Shown here: positions 1-13,815 of the stretch, one piece after another | Position numbering within the stretch: position 1 is the first letter of the stretch | How the letters are laid out: every line of letters begins with the position of its first letter | DNA from: Eutreptiella sp. 'Long Island Sound 2002' | Taxonomy: Eukaryota > Protista > Euglenida | Direction of reading: 5' to 3' | DNA: 64,000 nucleotides | Assembly: GCA_964036045.1 (NCBI GenBank) | Contig: OZ038378.1 | Span: forward strand, 105,152,001 to 105,216,000 | Made by a program: the position numbers and the translations under genes | The notes under the pieces: generated by a model | What the model saw: the letters and a program-made list of their open reading frames with translations, nothing else | Databases searched by the model: none | What the model was told of the DNA's origin: nothing

Positions 1-827
1 AATCTTTTCTAGCCCACCAAAATGCAGCCAGGAACCCATGTCATCAACAAAGATTCCACGTGCCATGTCACCTTCCTTGCCTCAATGCAAGCCACGTTCA
101 ACACCAAGGAACACTTTAGACATTCCTCAAGGGCCAATCCAAGGAAAAGTGAGCAAGATGACGAGGCGCGGGAGGGGGGCCAAAAAAAGTCACGGTATCA
201 CCTTCTTTTTCGTACCCCGCCCCCTTAGTGAGGGTACGGCCCAAAAAAAAGTACCCACTCTTGGGAAGCCACTGGTTGCATCTTTATAGGGTGTAACTGT
301 AGCCAACATTATGCATTGATGTCCCCAAACATTCCCCATTCTACCACTACAAATTTGGTAGCCCGACATATCCCTGTCGGCCCAAAGTTTAGCCACCACA
401 AGCTGAAGGAGCTTGCTGTGAGGCCCCAAGAGCTACTCAGGCATTGCAAACTGCCCACGTTCTGGGACCCAATATAGGCACAAATTGGGACTAGCTCACT
501 TGTCTATTTTGTGTTTGCGATTTGACGTATCTTAGCGACAGTGGCACCAACCTTGTGTGACATGTTCGAAACATCGTATATGGTGGTCGCCTCAGCAGTC
601 CATCTCTTTTGGGGTACCATATTGGAGGTGTTTTTGAAGTGGGCAGAAATTTCTCCTAGTCTTTGAGCTTTCATGAAAATAGGCATAGCTATGTTCAAGT
701 TCATTCGGTTTGGGCAAAGGGTCTGCTAGCTTTTTTGGTGTCATGTCAAATAGGCTCCCCTATTGACAGTTGTCTCAAGGCCGAGCGAAATTTGTGCCCC
801 TGTTGGTGTTTCCCTACCTTTTAGGTA

Positions 828-2241
828 TTGTTATTTTTTTTTTGGCCTCGCCGAAAGTTTTGCCGGCTTTTCCTTTTTCCCCAACTATTGCTGCTTTTTT
901 TCCTGTATCCAATACATATGTCCGAATTTTCTCCCAGGTTTGTTGTGTCAGTGTGTTCGAAGGATGATATTGTTCATACTACCCCACAAAACTTCTTTGT
1001 TGTTGTGACCAGTTCCTCACCTTTGACTATAAATGCCCATGCTGCAATCGATAGAGTTTTTCATTCGATGGCCAAAGGGTTGGCTCGAAATGCTTTGCCT
1101 GGTCAAAAATTTTTGCAATTGTGCCGTGCTTTACGGAAGAATCGCACGTTGCGTGACTCGGTTGCCCAAATAAAGGCAGAAGCTGCACAGAAGAAGCCAC
1201 AACGATGGTACCCAACTTTGTGCATCGGTTCCATCCCCTATAATGTCTTCTACGCCGTAGTGCCGTCCCCTTGTCTAACTACGGCTCGGGGTGTAATTGG
1301 AGAATTTCCTTTTGCCGCCAGCGACGGAAAGAACGTGCCTTGGACCAGTGCACCACGAGGCAGGGCCTGTATTCACCTGCGTGCCGGACTTGCAACTTAC
1401 GCCTTGTGTGACTGTATGTTGTGTCGCCAAATTTGTATTTGGGTTGACAATTTAACGCGTTATAGGTCAGGTTTTGATCCCCGTACACCTGATCTCATGC
1501 TGAATTGCACCGCAGTTGTAGTATTGCACACTAGTGTTTTACCCCACTACTCGGTTTACTCGGCTCTTCCCGAGCTCGCACAAGTTGCAGCCAGGTACCA
1601 ATGGTTGCAGATGACATGTTTCGATTTATGTCCGTACTTTTTGACGGTATTGATGTCGCCAACGGAGGTGTTGAGAGAGTATGTCTTTGTGCCCCTTTGG
1701 GCGTTGCACGTCGCAATGTACGTTTCCTAATGTGGAGAGCCTTTTTCTTATAAGAGTTGCGGTCCGGAACAAACATGCATCTTGTAGTTGACATGACATG
1801 TGTTGAACACCACACTAGACACGCCGTACCACTACTTATAAGAATGAAAATACCTTTTGCAGTATTGACGCTCTGTTACACTGCAGCCTATATTCCCTGG
1901 AACGTACCGCAATTGCTCCTGGGTTTCTCCACATGTATGACATTTGGCACAGGTACAAGTATTGTGTTCACGTGATTTATCGGGCTATCCTACCCTTCAT
2001 TAAGTTTTTGGAACAAGGTACTGGCCTACAAGTTAGTTCTATCTTGCGGCGCAAGGCAAAGGTCATACATATGGAAAAGACACTACTAGGTCTTTTGCTT
2101 TCTACACCGTTCAATGGAGCCAAGCTAGATGGGCATGTGTCCAGTTTGCTGGGTAATCATGAGGATTTTGCTACCATTCTGTTGAAGTATGTACGATTGC
2201 TGCTAGTCTTGAAGTCGTACATGTACACATATTCAGAGTGA
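828..2241 (+). pseudogene. Degraded coding-like region of unknown family (300-aa ORF plus broken downstream ORFs)
   Basis: ORF 828-1730 reads like natural protein after its low-complexity start and has Cys/His clusters (RACIHL, CDCMLC). It is followed by same-strand ORF pieces 1757-1975 and 1933-2241. No family recognised. Confidence 0.3.
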
Positions 2242-5178
2242 CTCACATGCTGCAGTGATGTTTGTGGTGGTCTCCGTTGTCTTGTCGAAAACTAAAATCG
2301 AAACACGCCATGGTGCCTTCGTCGGCCATTACACCACACTCGTCAAGCATTACAGTAGTGTGATACAGAAGGGTTTCTTGTGGTTCCTCTGCATCTTGAA
2401 GCCCATCCAAAAGCAGTGCCATTCATTGTGAAGTAATGGGGGCTAAGCCATCAATAGTCTCCATTTGGTGAAGGCCTGCAAAGCGGCGTCTAACCTCAAG
2501 GGGGCAATTTTCTTTGACCTCAAATACCCAAAATACCAAACAACAGCTAGCGGTCTCCATGTTTTGCATCTCAAACCCCGGTTTGCGTTTTTGGCCAGCA
2601 GTGTAGACATGTTGACCCCCCCCTCCCACAAAAAGTACCTAGCACGTAGCTGCAGACAAATGGGGCATACAAAGATATCACATAGGGGCCGATTTTAATG
2701 CCACCACAACATTATTCTGAATACCAGCCACATACTTTTTCCCTTTTCCTTTGCATTCTACTTTGCCAGAAGGTGGGGTGGTGTTGGGTGGTCGGGTGGT
2801 GAAATATGCTTGTGCCGATGCAATCGACGCCATGGCAGCCACGGAGAAGCGTGCAATGTATCCCGCCCTTGGTACCTTCAAACAAGTGGAGGGCATTATG
2901 CCTGACTAACCTTTGGAACTAGTGGCTCACATGGATGGGATCAAAAGTACTTTGCTTGGTCTCAAAACGATTATGAAATTTGTGAAAAAAGTCCATTTGG
3001 GCCCGGCACCTCTTGCTTCTAGAGGCAGTTGCCATCGGGTTGGTCCATGACACTAGAGGCATTTCACTATCAATTAGGGGACTGTATTGGAATAATTCGA
3101 TCCATCTTGCTGCAATTTGACTATTTTTTGCTTTATTCAACGAAGTTTGAAAACCCAAGGATCCCCCTTTTGAGTCTATACTCTTCTACAGCTACACTGA
3201 GTACCATTGAAATGGCGAAACAATAGTGTGGCATAAGGTCACACCTGAGGGTTGCTGATGGGAGCTTGGGTTGAAGTGGAGGACAGCCCTGGCCACCATG
3301 GTCAACAGTAATTAAGGCACCTCTGCGGTCACACCCTAAATAACAGGGCTCGCGGGATCTTTTGCAGCATCAAGTTGCTGGGCCTGTTTGTCAGAAGTCT
3401 GATGCAGCTGTTGTGATTATTCAGCCTGCAGCGTGCACACAAGTTGAATCAGGCACTGAAAAAGTGATTGCTAAGGTAGGCCGTGTTGAAATAATGGCAG
3501 TGCTATGGATCCCCCATTCCCAATATCATTAGCTCGTTGCCCTTTGCTGCTTGCGTCATGGAGGCGCCTAGGCTGTGGAAAACAAGCCTGCACAACCTGC
3601 TTGCTCACATTTTGCTGTCTATTGTACCTCCTTCCATTCCTAGTCAGGGTGCTGATGTCCGAGCCATTGTTGCTACACGGAAGGCCACTGTTGCAAAGGA
3701 GGAGTCTCAGTGTGGTGTTTCAATATACAAGTTGTCTTCCAAAACCCCATGGTACAATTCCAGTACCCACATACTTTCCATTTGCTCCGGTGCCCCCTTT
3801 GAGAAGAAATGGCCCCGTTACGTTTATCCTAAGGGACCCATGTCCTTTGCGATGCATGTTGAGATTTTCTCGTAAATATTGAACCTTGTGCCTATCCCAA
3901 ATAATCAAAGCAAGGTTTCTGCTTGGGACCCTCTCTGTGCATTTTGGGAGCATGCCGTCCACTAGGTTTTGTCCATGACTGTAATGCCGTGTTCGCCCTA
4001 CTTCGCGGACACCTTCTAGTGCTTGATGTCTTTGTTTAGTCCCTGAGAGCGTCTATCAGCAAGGTTAACACCCGTCTCCCCAAGTTCTGCAAAGATGCTT
4101 TTGATTATCGTCAAAGGTGGTTTTCTTGTTAAGTGTACGGGTGCTAGGTAGGTTGATATTGATCCACAGGAGGATGAAAGCCCGATGGAGCCACAGGCAG
4201 GCATCACATCCGCCCCCAAGAAAAAAGCAAAACCCGTCCCTGGCCAAACCCCAATACCCCCGGCACCACGGAGTCCACATAGGCCAACCCTGCGTCCTCC
4301 TTCGGTAGTCTGGTTCAATCAGACAGTTGCTTGATCACCTTTTTGACCCATTTTTCCCCCTCCCAGGGTGGCAACACAGAATCACAGGGTGCTACCACTC
4401 CGAGTGGAACCCCCAAGCCAGCTCTTGTTGTGCCTGCCAAGAAGACCCGTGCTTTAGGTCTGTGGAAGCGCTGATATCATAAGATTTCCATTGTATTTTC
4501 TGCAAGGATGAGGTTTGGCCTCATTTTTTGCCAATTTTTGCTGCTGCAATGGTTTTCCCTAGTGGTGATGTCTACTACTGCGCCGTCCTTCATCGCCTAT
4601 TCAGGTGGCAAGTATTTCCCTGTGATGGACAGCCATTTTCACTTTGACACTTTGATTATCACTGCTGCCGTCTTCACTGTGCTGCTTTGCTCTCACATGC
4701 ACCAATTTCCATGACAATATTTCCTGGTTTGAAGGAGCTCGACGAAATTTCGGATGGCTTGGCCTGTTTGGGTAAATAAGCCTATGTATTTTGCTTTTTG
4801 TGACAAAGCTGGGCGAAATTTCGGTCGGCTCCATACAAATAGGAAACACAGCAGTATGCTTTGGGTTTGTTGTTTTAATGTTCAAATGTAGCTTGGTTGT
4901 CTTGTTAGTTACCGTTGGCATTGACACGTCTCACATGTTAACCATGGAATCAAGGGGCAACAGGAATGGCAACCCTCCCCACCCATTTGTGACATTTTGT
5001 GGGCTATTTGCTGGAAAGCCATCATTTTTATTTTTGTGGCATGTGTATTTGTACAGTTTATGTGCAATCGTAGAACCCAATTGTTACATTTACTTCAAAT
5101 GCACTCTTTCATGTTGTATCTTCCCATCGAGGGGGTGAGGTAACCCCAAAAGGATACCCGTTTTCTAGCAGTATTTTT

Positions 5179-7087
5179 TTGTTTGAAACATGGGCTTCCT
5201 CAGAACCAAGGGGGGGGGGGGGCGTTGGCAGTTTGCGACGCCTAAGAAGGACGCCGATGCTGCAATTCGCACATTTCATCACCACTCCTTCTGACGTGAT
5301 TGAAGTGTTGCGCACCATGGGGGTAGTGCAAATGCTAGCAGTTGCGCCACCTACGGTGCACTCACCCATGCCCCGAGTACTTCTTGGGCTTCTTCTTCCC
5401 AAATAGTTCGGTCCCGCAACAATGTGCAAGAACACCAGAAGGCTTATGTTGCCTTTGTTGGTGACCATTGGTTTGGCTGGTGGAGGAAACAGTTGTCGAC
5501 ATGAGTGCGGCCAACTAGAAGCACGTTCGGGCGGCACTACATGTTCAGCCAAAACCACTTGCGCTTCGTGCAGGAAAATCATCCACCCCAACCACGGGAG
5601 CACACACTGGTGACCCATTACTTCCAAAGTTGTACCCCTTTCTCTCGTAGTCCAGCTTGAACCATCCAACGATGCAGCAACACACGTGCCCTCACACCAG
5701 CACACGGAGAACATGGTGCAATGCATCCCATGGAATCATTGGATCCTTCGCCTTTACATGGCACGTTTATATATTTCAAGCCCGAGCGCGCAACTAGACG
5801 CCATGCGGCCTTCTCATGTCCGTGACGTAGTAGTAGATAAGCCCGGCGTAGAATGGTTTGCATTTTTGATTCCAAACGGCGGCACTTTTGCAAAAAATGG
5901 GGGTGTGAGTGACAGCTCTGTAGGCACAGCACATTGCTCGGTCATTGGGTTGGCTGTTGTTCTAGGAGCTAATTGCGGGCTAGGATTCCTAGTGGATTGT
6001 TTTGCTGAGTTCGAGGATTTGTGCATCCGCGCCAATGGTCGCCGCCATGAAAAGTGGACCATCATTCGAACTTTGGCTCGCAGCATTGATGCATGGTAAC
6101 ACTTGCTGACAAGTGCAGAATAGACAGCATTGGTCCTTGCGGTTGCCAACGACGCTTAGCTGGAATTGCAAAGGCCCGTGGCTCGGCTCATTGGTGCGAC
6201 ATGCCACTTCGGATGTTATGGGAGTCGTGTGCAAGGCATTGAAAGTCGGAATGAACACCGAGAAAGAGAAAGCTGTTGCCGGTCTAGCCGCTGTGGGCGT
6301 GAGTGGGTGTGAATTTTTGAAAGATACCAACCGTGGTGGCATGTTACCATCATAAGACACAGTTTGAAGAGCCGTTGCGTCCCCGGATGTCGCCACCGTG
6401 TAATGAACAAGCTGAAGACCGCCAAAACGCTTATTCAGCCAATTGTTACATCTTGTGCCCACGGATGGTTCGCGAAGCATAATATGGAAACCGGCTGTAC
6501 ACAACGAGCAAATCAAGTGCCTGCTACCACTATTTGCCCATTCGATATAGCGATACAACAAGGAGCAACACTTGAAGGTGGATGAAGACCACTCGGGTTA
6601 TGAAGCCTATACCTCGGAGCAAGAAGTTTCGTGGCACTCCCTAGCGAAGGAACGCGCTCGGAAGTCCAAACCGCCAACATGCAACCCAAATTGTAGCACT
6701 TACTGCGATAAGGCAAAAGGACGCCTAAGCTAGTAAAAGACTCCGCGGCGAGGATAGATGGCCACAAAAGGTGGTGGCCAAAGCTCATGACGCGGAAGAG
6801 GATGCATGGCAGCACCAAGTGTTCCACCTAGAACACCAAGATGCCGAGCAAGCTATGGCAAGCCAAGACGTAGCTGATACCGATTATGATCAGCGTTGAG
6901 GGTTAGACACCTCAGCTTTTGACAAAGAGACAGTGGACAACAGTTCGGGTGCCTCTAATTCTCTAGACTCCAACTCCTCCAATTCAAGCTCCAACACATC
7001 CTCATCATCTACCTCCTCATCTAACTATATTGCTACAGCCCTCATGGCTAGTACCTCAAAGCAAAAGTGCACCAAAAAGAAAGAGTA
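5179..7087 (+). pseudogene. Degraded Cys-rich coding-like region ending in an acidic/Ser-rich tail
   Basis: Successive + strand ORF fragments (5422, 5686, 6113, 6364) with Cys clusters (CASCRK, SCAHG), then a stop-interrupted tail (..DAEEDAW..SNSSNSSSNTSSSSTSSS..KQKCTKKKE*). Family not identified. Confidence 0.25.
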
Positions 7088-8466
7088 GGGTAACTCGCCA
7101 ATTGCAGTCCGATTTCGGCCCGTCCTTCACGGTCCCCCCGAGATTCTCTAAAATTGGTTAGGATTCCCTGGAATGTTTTGGATAGATCTACATACTGGCC
7201 TTCAGGCTATTGGGCCATAGCATCACATCCCGATTTAGTGCCAAAAATCGCCAGAAGTATGGCGACAACCAGAGAGCCCTGAAAGATTCCGCTAAGATGC
7301 GCATTTGCCAAATGACGGCACAAATCGCCGCCCTTCTCAGTGGTGCCTCGTTTGGGCGCTACACGGCACCATTTCGTACAATTTGTGGTTTTGCAGGTAG
7401 GTGCAAACCTAGGCTACTCGGGATGGCGGGTAGTAGCCGCTTGGGGGATGCCGGTCCGGCTTTTGCCTGTTGGCAATGTTTGCAACCCTTGCTTGAGCTT
7501 GGTGCTTTTTCTGTTTTTGCCAATTGTGTACATGGAGGAAAACCCCGGGGGCAGCCACCGTGGTCTCAATAAAAGCCATTTTTTCTGTTTTTTGATTGGA
7601 CCGATTCGGCAAGACTAATGTTGGCTAACCAAGACCCATTTCCTTGTGCAATGTTGGATCATTTAGATAAGGGTAGGGTTGGGTTGAGTCGAGAACAGGC
7701 ATCAAGTTCGGGGGGACTGTTGTTCTTCGATAGCGATGAGGTGGCAAACTCCGAGCACAAAGTTATGACCACCAAAAAGGCTTGTGGTGATGAAGAAGAG
7801 GTTGTACCTTGTTCCTAACCCGTTCTGACGTGGAGATTCGTCCCAATGACATTCTCCTCTAGAGGATCGGGTAGATGTCACCAAAGAGTTAAATCGTAGC
7901 GGCAGCCCGTGCGGGCCGCTTCAGTTGGTTCTAGTCAATACTTACTTGTGGCCAAGGCGGCCACGACGTCCCGCGCTTGCGCTGAGGCAGGTCCAAGAGT
8001 TGCCCAAACTGATAGCCAGAGGAGGGCCCTAAGCCAAACTGCAACACGAAGGGCAGGGGCGGATGTTTAGCCTTACGATCATATTGAGGCTGTCCCGCAA
8101 TCTGCCACTCAACCCGCTCCACCGACTTCTGCCTCTTTGTTGCTTTCCAAGTACGGTGCAAATTTCGAGAAATTGTTGCTGGGATTTCTGGAGCCGCATT
8201 TCTCAATAGCGTGGGTCACGAGCCACGCTTGCATATTTTTAGATTTTGGCAACTCACGGGCGCCATCACGCACTAAGCGCGGCTGTGCCGCGCGCAGCTC
8301 TCGGGACATCATTTCGCCAGCTTTTCACAATCGGCAAGTTACCCTACTCGGTGAAACGTAAGCCTTCCGTTGAATATGCAGCTTGAAAGAACACAAAGGA
8401 CGCGTAATTTTACACGGATTCCCACAAAAGTCTTGTGAGGTAATTTGGATATCCATTCCTCGAACC

Positions 8467-8539
8467 GGCTTGGATCTGCATTGTGTGAGCTGGCTTGGAT
8501 CTGCATTGTATGAATTGGCTTGGATCTACAATGTAGATC
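8467..8539. repeat. 25-bp tandem repeat x3 (GGCTTGGATCTGCATTGT...), third unit ending in a hairpin
   Basis: Units start at 8467, 8492 and 8517. The third contains GATCTACA-A-TGTAGATC (perfect 8-bp arms). Confidence 0.85.
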
Positions 8540-8910
8540 ACTACGTCATCGTGGGTCAAGTGCCATATCTTGGCAACGCAGCTGTGGCGTGTCCCTAGTT
8601 TGATGTTGTAAAGTCAAACGGCCGGGTGGAAAGTTTGGCGTTGTGGGGTACGCAACGGATATGGGGAGCCATCCGAACCACGCGGGGTCCATTACCTAGC
8701 ACTCTAAGGTATTGGACACGTACAAAGTGTAGGGTGCAGCCAAGGAAGGGTGGCCTAGGAACCCCCCTCAAAATGACATGGTAGTGCACTGCTAAAGTAA
8801 CGGACCACACTTATGGGGGGTGTGTTGGGGGGTCAAAATAAGCGTATAGGAACTATCACGACCCCGGTGTCGGACCACGATAGTCAATTTTTATCGGGCA
8901 GGCACGCCCC

Positions 8911-9035
8911 TAGGAACCCCTTCCTAGATTTGGCACCCTTCCTAGACCCCTTCCTGGTAGGAACCCCCCTTCCTAGACCCTTCCTAGACCCCTTCCTGGG
9001 CAGGAACCCCCCCTTCCTGGCCACGAACCCCCCTT
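8911..9035 (+). repeat. AGGAA-C(n)-TTCCT motif array
   Basis: Repeated taggaacccc(c)ttcctag units. Confidence 0.8.
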
Positions 9036-9045
9036 TTTATGACCC

Positions 9046-12000
9046 TTGCTGCACCTCAAAGACAGCCCGGTTTTCGCAATGTCTGCCTGTCCCTTCGCTT
9101 GGGCCTGGATGGCGGCCGTCACATGCCCCGCCGGTACACGTGGCTGCTCCCTTCCGGAGGGGCAGACATTCCACCGCACCGCCATCCCAACCAACTCCGC
9201 CGTGACTTGGCCGCCGGGCACGACCATTGGCCGGTTGCGCATCACCAAGTCCATCGTCCGCGACAGGGACCCCTGTGCCCTCTCAACCCCGACATCACCG
9301 CTTTCCACGTGCGGCCAAGCGGAGCGCACTATTCCTCCTTGCTGGACGTCCCTGTCCACCCGTCTGCCCAGCGACCACGCCCGGATCCACAACCAGTACA
9401 TGGCTGCCCGCCCTGTGGATGCCGAGCCGCCCACCACCCTCCGCTTCGCTTCCACGAAGCCCAAGCCCGCCACCTTCCACAAGGAGGGGTGGTACAAGGA
9501 GGCAGCCAAGAGGAAGGTGTTCCTGTTCGATCCACGGCAGTCCGGTGAGGAGACCCTCCCCATCTAGTCCCTCTCCAGTCGCTCAACGTGGGAGTGGGAC
9601 GGCGACGGCCCCGGGCTCACCGTGCCGAGTGCCTATGCGGCCAGCGGGCCGCTTGCCCTCCCCGTCACCTCCACCCCACTCTTTGTCGCGCACACCGACC
9701 CCTTGTTGGCGCTACCGCGTGACTGCCCCACTGCCGTGAAGAGCGACCCCAGCCAGCTTGCCAGCCTACAGCACTTGTTCATCCGTGGTTTTTTTGCGGA
9801 GTATGAGGTGCAGGAGGCCCACAAGGAGGCATTGGTGATTGGCGAGGAGCGCTGGGCCCGCATCTTCAACCATAACCGCCCAATTGCTCGCCGAGCTCAG
9901 GACCCGCCGGACTGCAAAATGGTGTGGGTGAAGCTTGAGCACATGTCCAGGCATCCGGATGGGGGAGGAACACATCCAGCTGTGGGATCTACCGCGCCTG
10001 ACAGCCATAGTGACGCGGGTGAAGGCCAAGCTGGAAGCGATCTTGGGCAAGACGCTGCACGTCATGACGCAAGGGTACATCGACTCCATCAGCCATGTTC
10101 GACAACTGCCGCACCGAGATTTCCTAGCAGCGTCACTTCCTTTGGCTGGCATCGCCCTCTCCGTCTTCTGGGCACCGTCGATGTATATCCCTTATGAAGA
10201 TGTTTGCGCACAGTTCGTCGCCATGTCTGCCCGTGCCTTCCCTCGGCCTTGGATCATCCATCGCATGCCGATGAGAAGGGGTTCCCTCTGGGTGATCTGC
10301 TCGACGGTGGTGCATGAAGGAGGCGGCCTACCATTGGCTGCGGAACCGGGGTCCCGCCGTCTTATTGGGTTTTGTGGGCTGTTGACGCATACCGTGTCCT
10401 ACGCCACCACCCACTCCATCACGCCCCCGTTTTGAGCGCACAAGGCCGCTGTGAGTTGTGGAGTCTTCGGATGCCGCCGGAAGCTGACAAGTGAGAAGTG
10501 TTTTGGGTGTGGAGTCCAAGTCTTTTCCGCAATCACACGGGGATCGAGTGCAGCAAGTGCGACACTGAAGCAGCACCAGCAGCAACATCCGATCCACGGA
10601 GTGCCGAGGCCGCTGATCCGAGTCATGTCCCTGCCCTTCAGCACATGGTGACCTGTTTGATTCCATCGGATTGGACGGCGCTTTACAACGGGCATTACGA
10701 GGCGTCGACGGCACCACATGTGATTCCCGCTGACACAACCCCCAAGCCGGAGGACTGCCCACTGGCGGGGCATGCACACGAGAGCGAGTGGCTGCCGTGG
10801 CCGAGATCGGAACACCACGCCTTGTTGGTTACGCCGCCTGGGAGCATTCTGGTGGTGGTGACCGGCCGCTTCGCAAGATTCGCCCGGGGAACCGAGGAGA
10901 GCAGTGACCTTTTGGTGTACCGGATGGAGATGACACCACCCAAGCCCAGAATTGTGGACCCGAGCTTGTTGATGGCGGCCGGGCCGATCGTTCGCAACAC
11001 CAGGGTGGCACAGTAGCAGGCCTTTTGGTGCCCATGCCAGCACGTTAAAACACTGTCCCCTTCGGATCGGGGGGCCTTAGGTTGGAGGGGTTCACAATGC
11101 AATGCGGCAAATATATGGTCAGTACCGGTTGCCAAGGGTCAGCGGTAGTGGCAATGCAAGGGGAGGGTTGTTTGGGGCCTCGAACTGGGCACAGTGTGTG
11201 GGCTGTGGCATGTGCATGCTCCTCAGGAACCCCCCCCCCCTCCCGCACAGGAACTGTCCCAGAACCCCCCAGGAACGCCCTTCGTGCACAGGAACTCCCC
11301 CCTTCCTGCACAGGAACCCTCCCAGGAACCCCCCATCAACCCCCTTGTCGCACAGCAACCCCCCCCCCTTCCTGCACAGGAACCTCCCTTCACGCGCCCC
11401 TTCCTAGAACCTTCATGGACCCTTTTTGCACAAGAGCCCCCCCCCCCCCATCCTGCGTAGGCACCCCCTTCCTAGACCACTTCCTGTCCCCTTTCGTCAC
11501 TGGCATTTTGCGCACTTCGCTTTATGCTGACGTCGACGTGTACCCGCGGCTGGGTCTGGAGTCCGTCGATGAGGAGGAGCGGGCAGCCCCGCTGCCAGTG
11601 GCACCATCGGAGGCTCCGCGGACTGTGGATGGGCGAGCACCAAGTCTTCAAGACCCTCTGACATGGCTGTGGCAATCGACGCTGACCATCACGGACATGC
11701 ACACTCTGGTGACCCGGCAGGTTGGCACGATCTGGTATCGCGACTGCACACCGACCGTCCGGAAGGGGAAGGCAACCGCTGCCCTGCAACTGCGGTTGCT
11801 AGTGGCATGTACGGACAGTCTGGCGGAGCCGCCCCAGCGGCATGGATGACATGGCAAGAAGTACGTGGTTGCGCAGTACTTGTGCCTTGTTGGCCATGCC
11901 AAGGCCAGCAACACATGGTCTTTCTTGGTGTACAGGGAGCAGACTAGCTTCAAGAGTTCGAAGAGTCTGGCAAGGCTAACGGGTTTGGATGCCGGTGTCC

Positions 12001-12700
12001 CCATTGAGGTGCAGGACGTGGTTGACGAGTGGCTTGAGAAGTACCGCAAGCGGCAAGAACAGGGTCAATTGGGTGGACGCTCGCACGTGAAGAAGGAGCC
12101 GGGCACGGACGCAGGCACACAGCCACGGTGACAGCAACCTGGGGCCGAGGTCAAGTCGGAGCAATCAGAGAGGGCGGCGCGGGGAATTCTGAAGCGACCT
12201 GCCCCGAAGACCGTCATCATGACTCCCCCTCCAAGTGGCGCGTACTAGGCAGCCCGGGGCGGGCAAGTCCAATGGCAATGGACACGGGGACAGTGATCAC
12301 GCAGCTGGCACCTGGGTTGCAGGAGTTTGTGCGCACGGCGTTGAAGGAGGTGTTGCCTGATGCCGTTGAGAAGGCAATGGCAAGTGGCGGCAAGACCCAG
12401 GCAGAGCGGGCGACGGAGCAGGCAACCAAGAAGGAAGAGAAGCACGGGAACAGATCGTCAAGCACGAAGCAACCATTGCAAGTTTGCGGGCACAATTGGT
12501 TGCCTTGGAAGACCGTGTGGAAGCTTCCGAAGACGCGGCGCGCAAGGCGCAGGCAGGTAAGGTCAAGGCCGAGTCTCTGCAGGAGGAGAAAGGTGCGGAA
12601 TGTGACCAGGTGTTGAGCATCCTCAACCGCATGTACGGCTAGGGCCCAAGCCGCAGCAAGTGATGAGGAGTGGCGAGGCACGGTGGCGATGAGAGCGCAA
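9046..12700 (+). pseudogene. Co-oriented cluster of orphan ORF fragments (probable TE or viral cargo genes, frameshifted or spliced)
   Basis: ORFs 9046-9567, 9622/9935-10435, 10498-11016, ~11475-11849, 11865-12131 and 12128-12616 are all on +, GC-rich and coding-like. They are interleaved with AGGAA-Cn-TTCCT arrays. No family recognised. Confidence 0.4.
11225..11475 (+). repeat. AGGAA-C(n)-TTCCT motif array
   Basis: Repeated caggaacccccc..cttcctgcaca units. Confidence 0.8.
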
Positions 12701-13271
12701 GGATCCCGAGTGTCCCTCCGGCCTTGGCGGCTATTGAGGGGTGCTCGGGTTCTGTCAACCCGTGTGGGCATGAGACGTGGAGAGACAACTCTTATTGGCA
12801 CACTGAGAGGGAGTTGCGTCCCGGTGGTTGCAGCACATGTGTGCTGTGACCAACACACTCCCAAGATTGCACGCATACATGCAAGGCCGTGCGAACGCGC
12901 CAAGGGTTGTGTGACGCAGTGCACAAAAAGAATCCATACCTTAACCCACAACCAATAACTAGTTTTTTTTGGCGTAACCCTAACGCATATCTAACCCTCA
13001 TCTTATTTTGTGCGCGATAGTTGCGTAGGATAGTAGTCACGTTGTGCGCAGGGCGCGTAAAGAGGTGCCACGAGCGGGAAGCTTCACATAGCTTCATCCT
13101 TGGGGGCACCACCGAACTTTCCAAGCTCTCCAAGCATGGACGCGGTTGCATGGCATGTGTGGTGGGAATGCAGCCCAGGACGCATTGTCCGGCCCCCATG
13201 TGACAGTGGTGTTTGAGAGGACCTGGGTAACATCTGTTGCGGTTGCGATGGGGCAGTAGAGCGAAACAGCA

Positions 13272-13510
13272 GGTACAGGAAGGGGGGAGTTCGTGTGCCG
13301 AAAGTGTCTAGGAAGGGGTACAGGAAGGGGGTTCTTGTACAGGAAGGGGGGGGGGTTCCTGTGCAGGAAGGGGTCCGGGAAGGGGTACAGGAAAGGTTTT
13401 CCTGTACAAGAAGGGGGGTTCCTGTGGGGTTCATGGGACAAATCGTGGCCAGGAAGGGGGGGGGTTCTTGTGCAAGAAGGGGGTTCCTGTGGGGTTCCTG
13501 TGGCACTTCT
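13272..13510 (-). repeat. AGGAA-G(n)-TTCCT motif array (reverse orientation of the 8.9 and 11.2 kb arrays)
   Basis: Repeated caggaagggggg..gttcctgtg units. Confidence 0.8.
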
Positions 13511-13551
13511 TGTGCACATCCTGCCCTCATAATTCTTGGCAGGCTTTCACT

Positions 13552-13815
13552 TTAAATATAATGCAAAACGCCGTTGCCGATCTCCCTGCCAGTGTCGTTC
13601 CTCTGACCCCGTATTGTGATAAGGAGGTTGATGCACGGCGACAGAGAGGGAAATACATTCGCGGCGCTGTGGGCGCTGTGCTTGGAGATGACGACATCGT
13701 TGTGCGCACAAACAGTAAGAGTATAGTGATTGAGTCCAGGAGCCACGAGGTGCGCGATGACAATGAACAACATGTCTCCGAGGAAGTGATCCAAGTGTTG
13801 CAAACAGCACACCAA
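13552..13815 (-). pseudogene. Possible Ulp1/C48-like protease remnant
   Basis: VAPGLNHYTLTVC resembles the NHW-x-L-x-V catalytic-His strand. QRNDTGREIG..VL loosely resembles Q-x-N-x-x-D-C-G. The catalytic Cys and Asp are not visible. Confidence 0.2.

Noticed and set aside
5179-7087. KDZ/Zisupton transposase call from the SCAHG and FDIA words
   Set aside because: Motifs too short and eroded, and no ordered catalytic set could be traced.
8467-8539. CRISPR-like array
   Set aside because: The units are adjacent with no unique spacers, and the context is eukaryotic.
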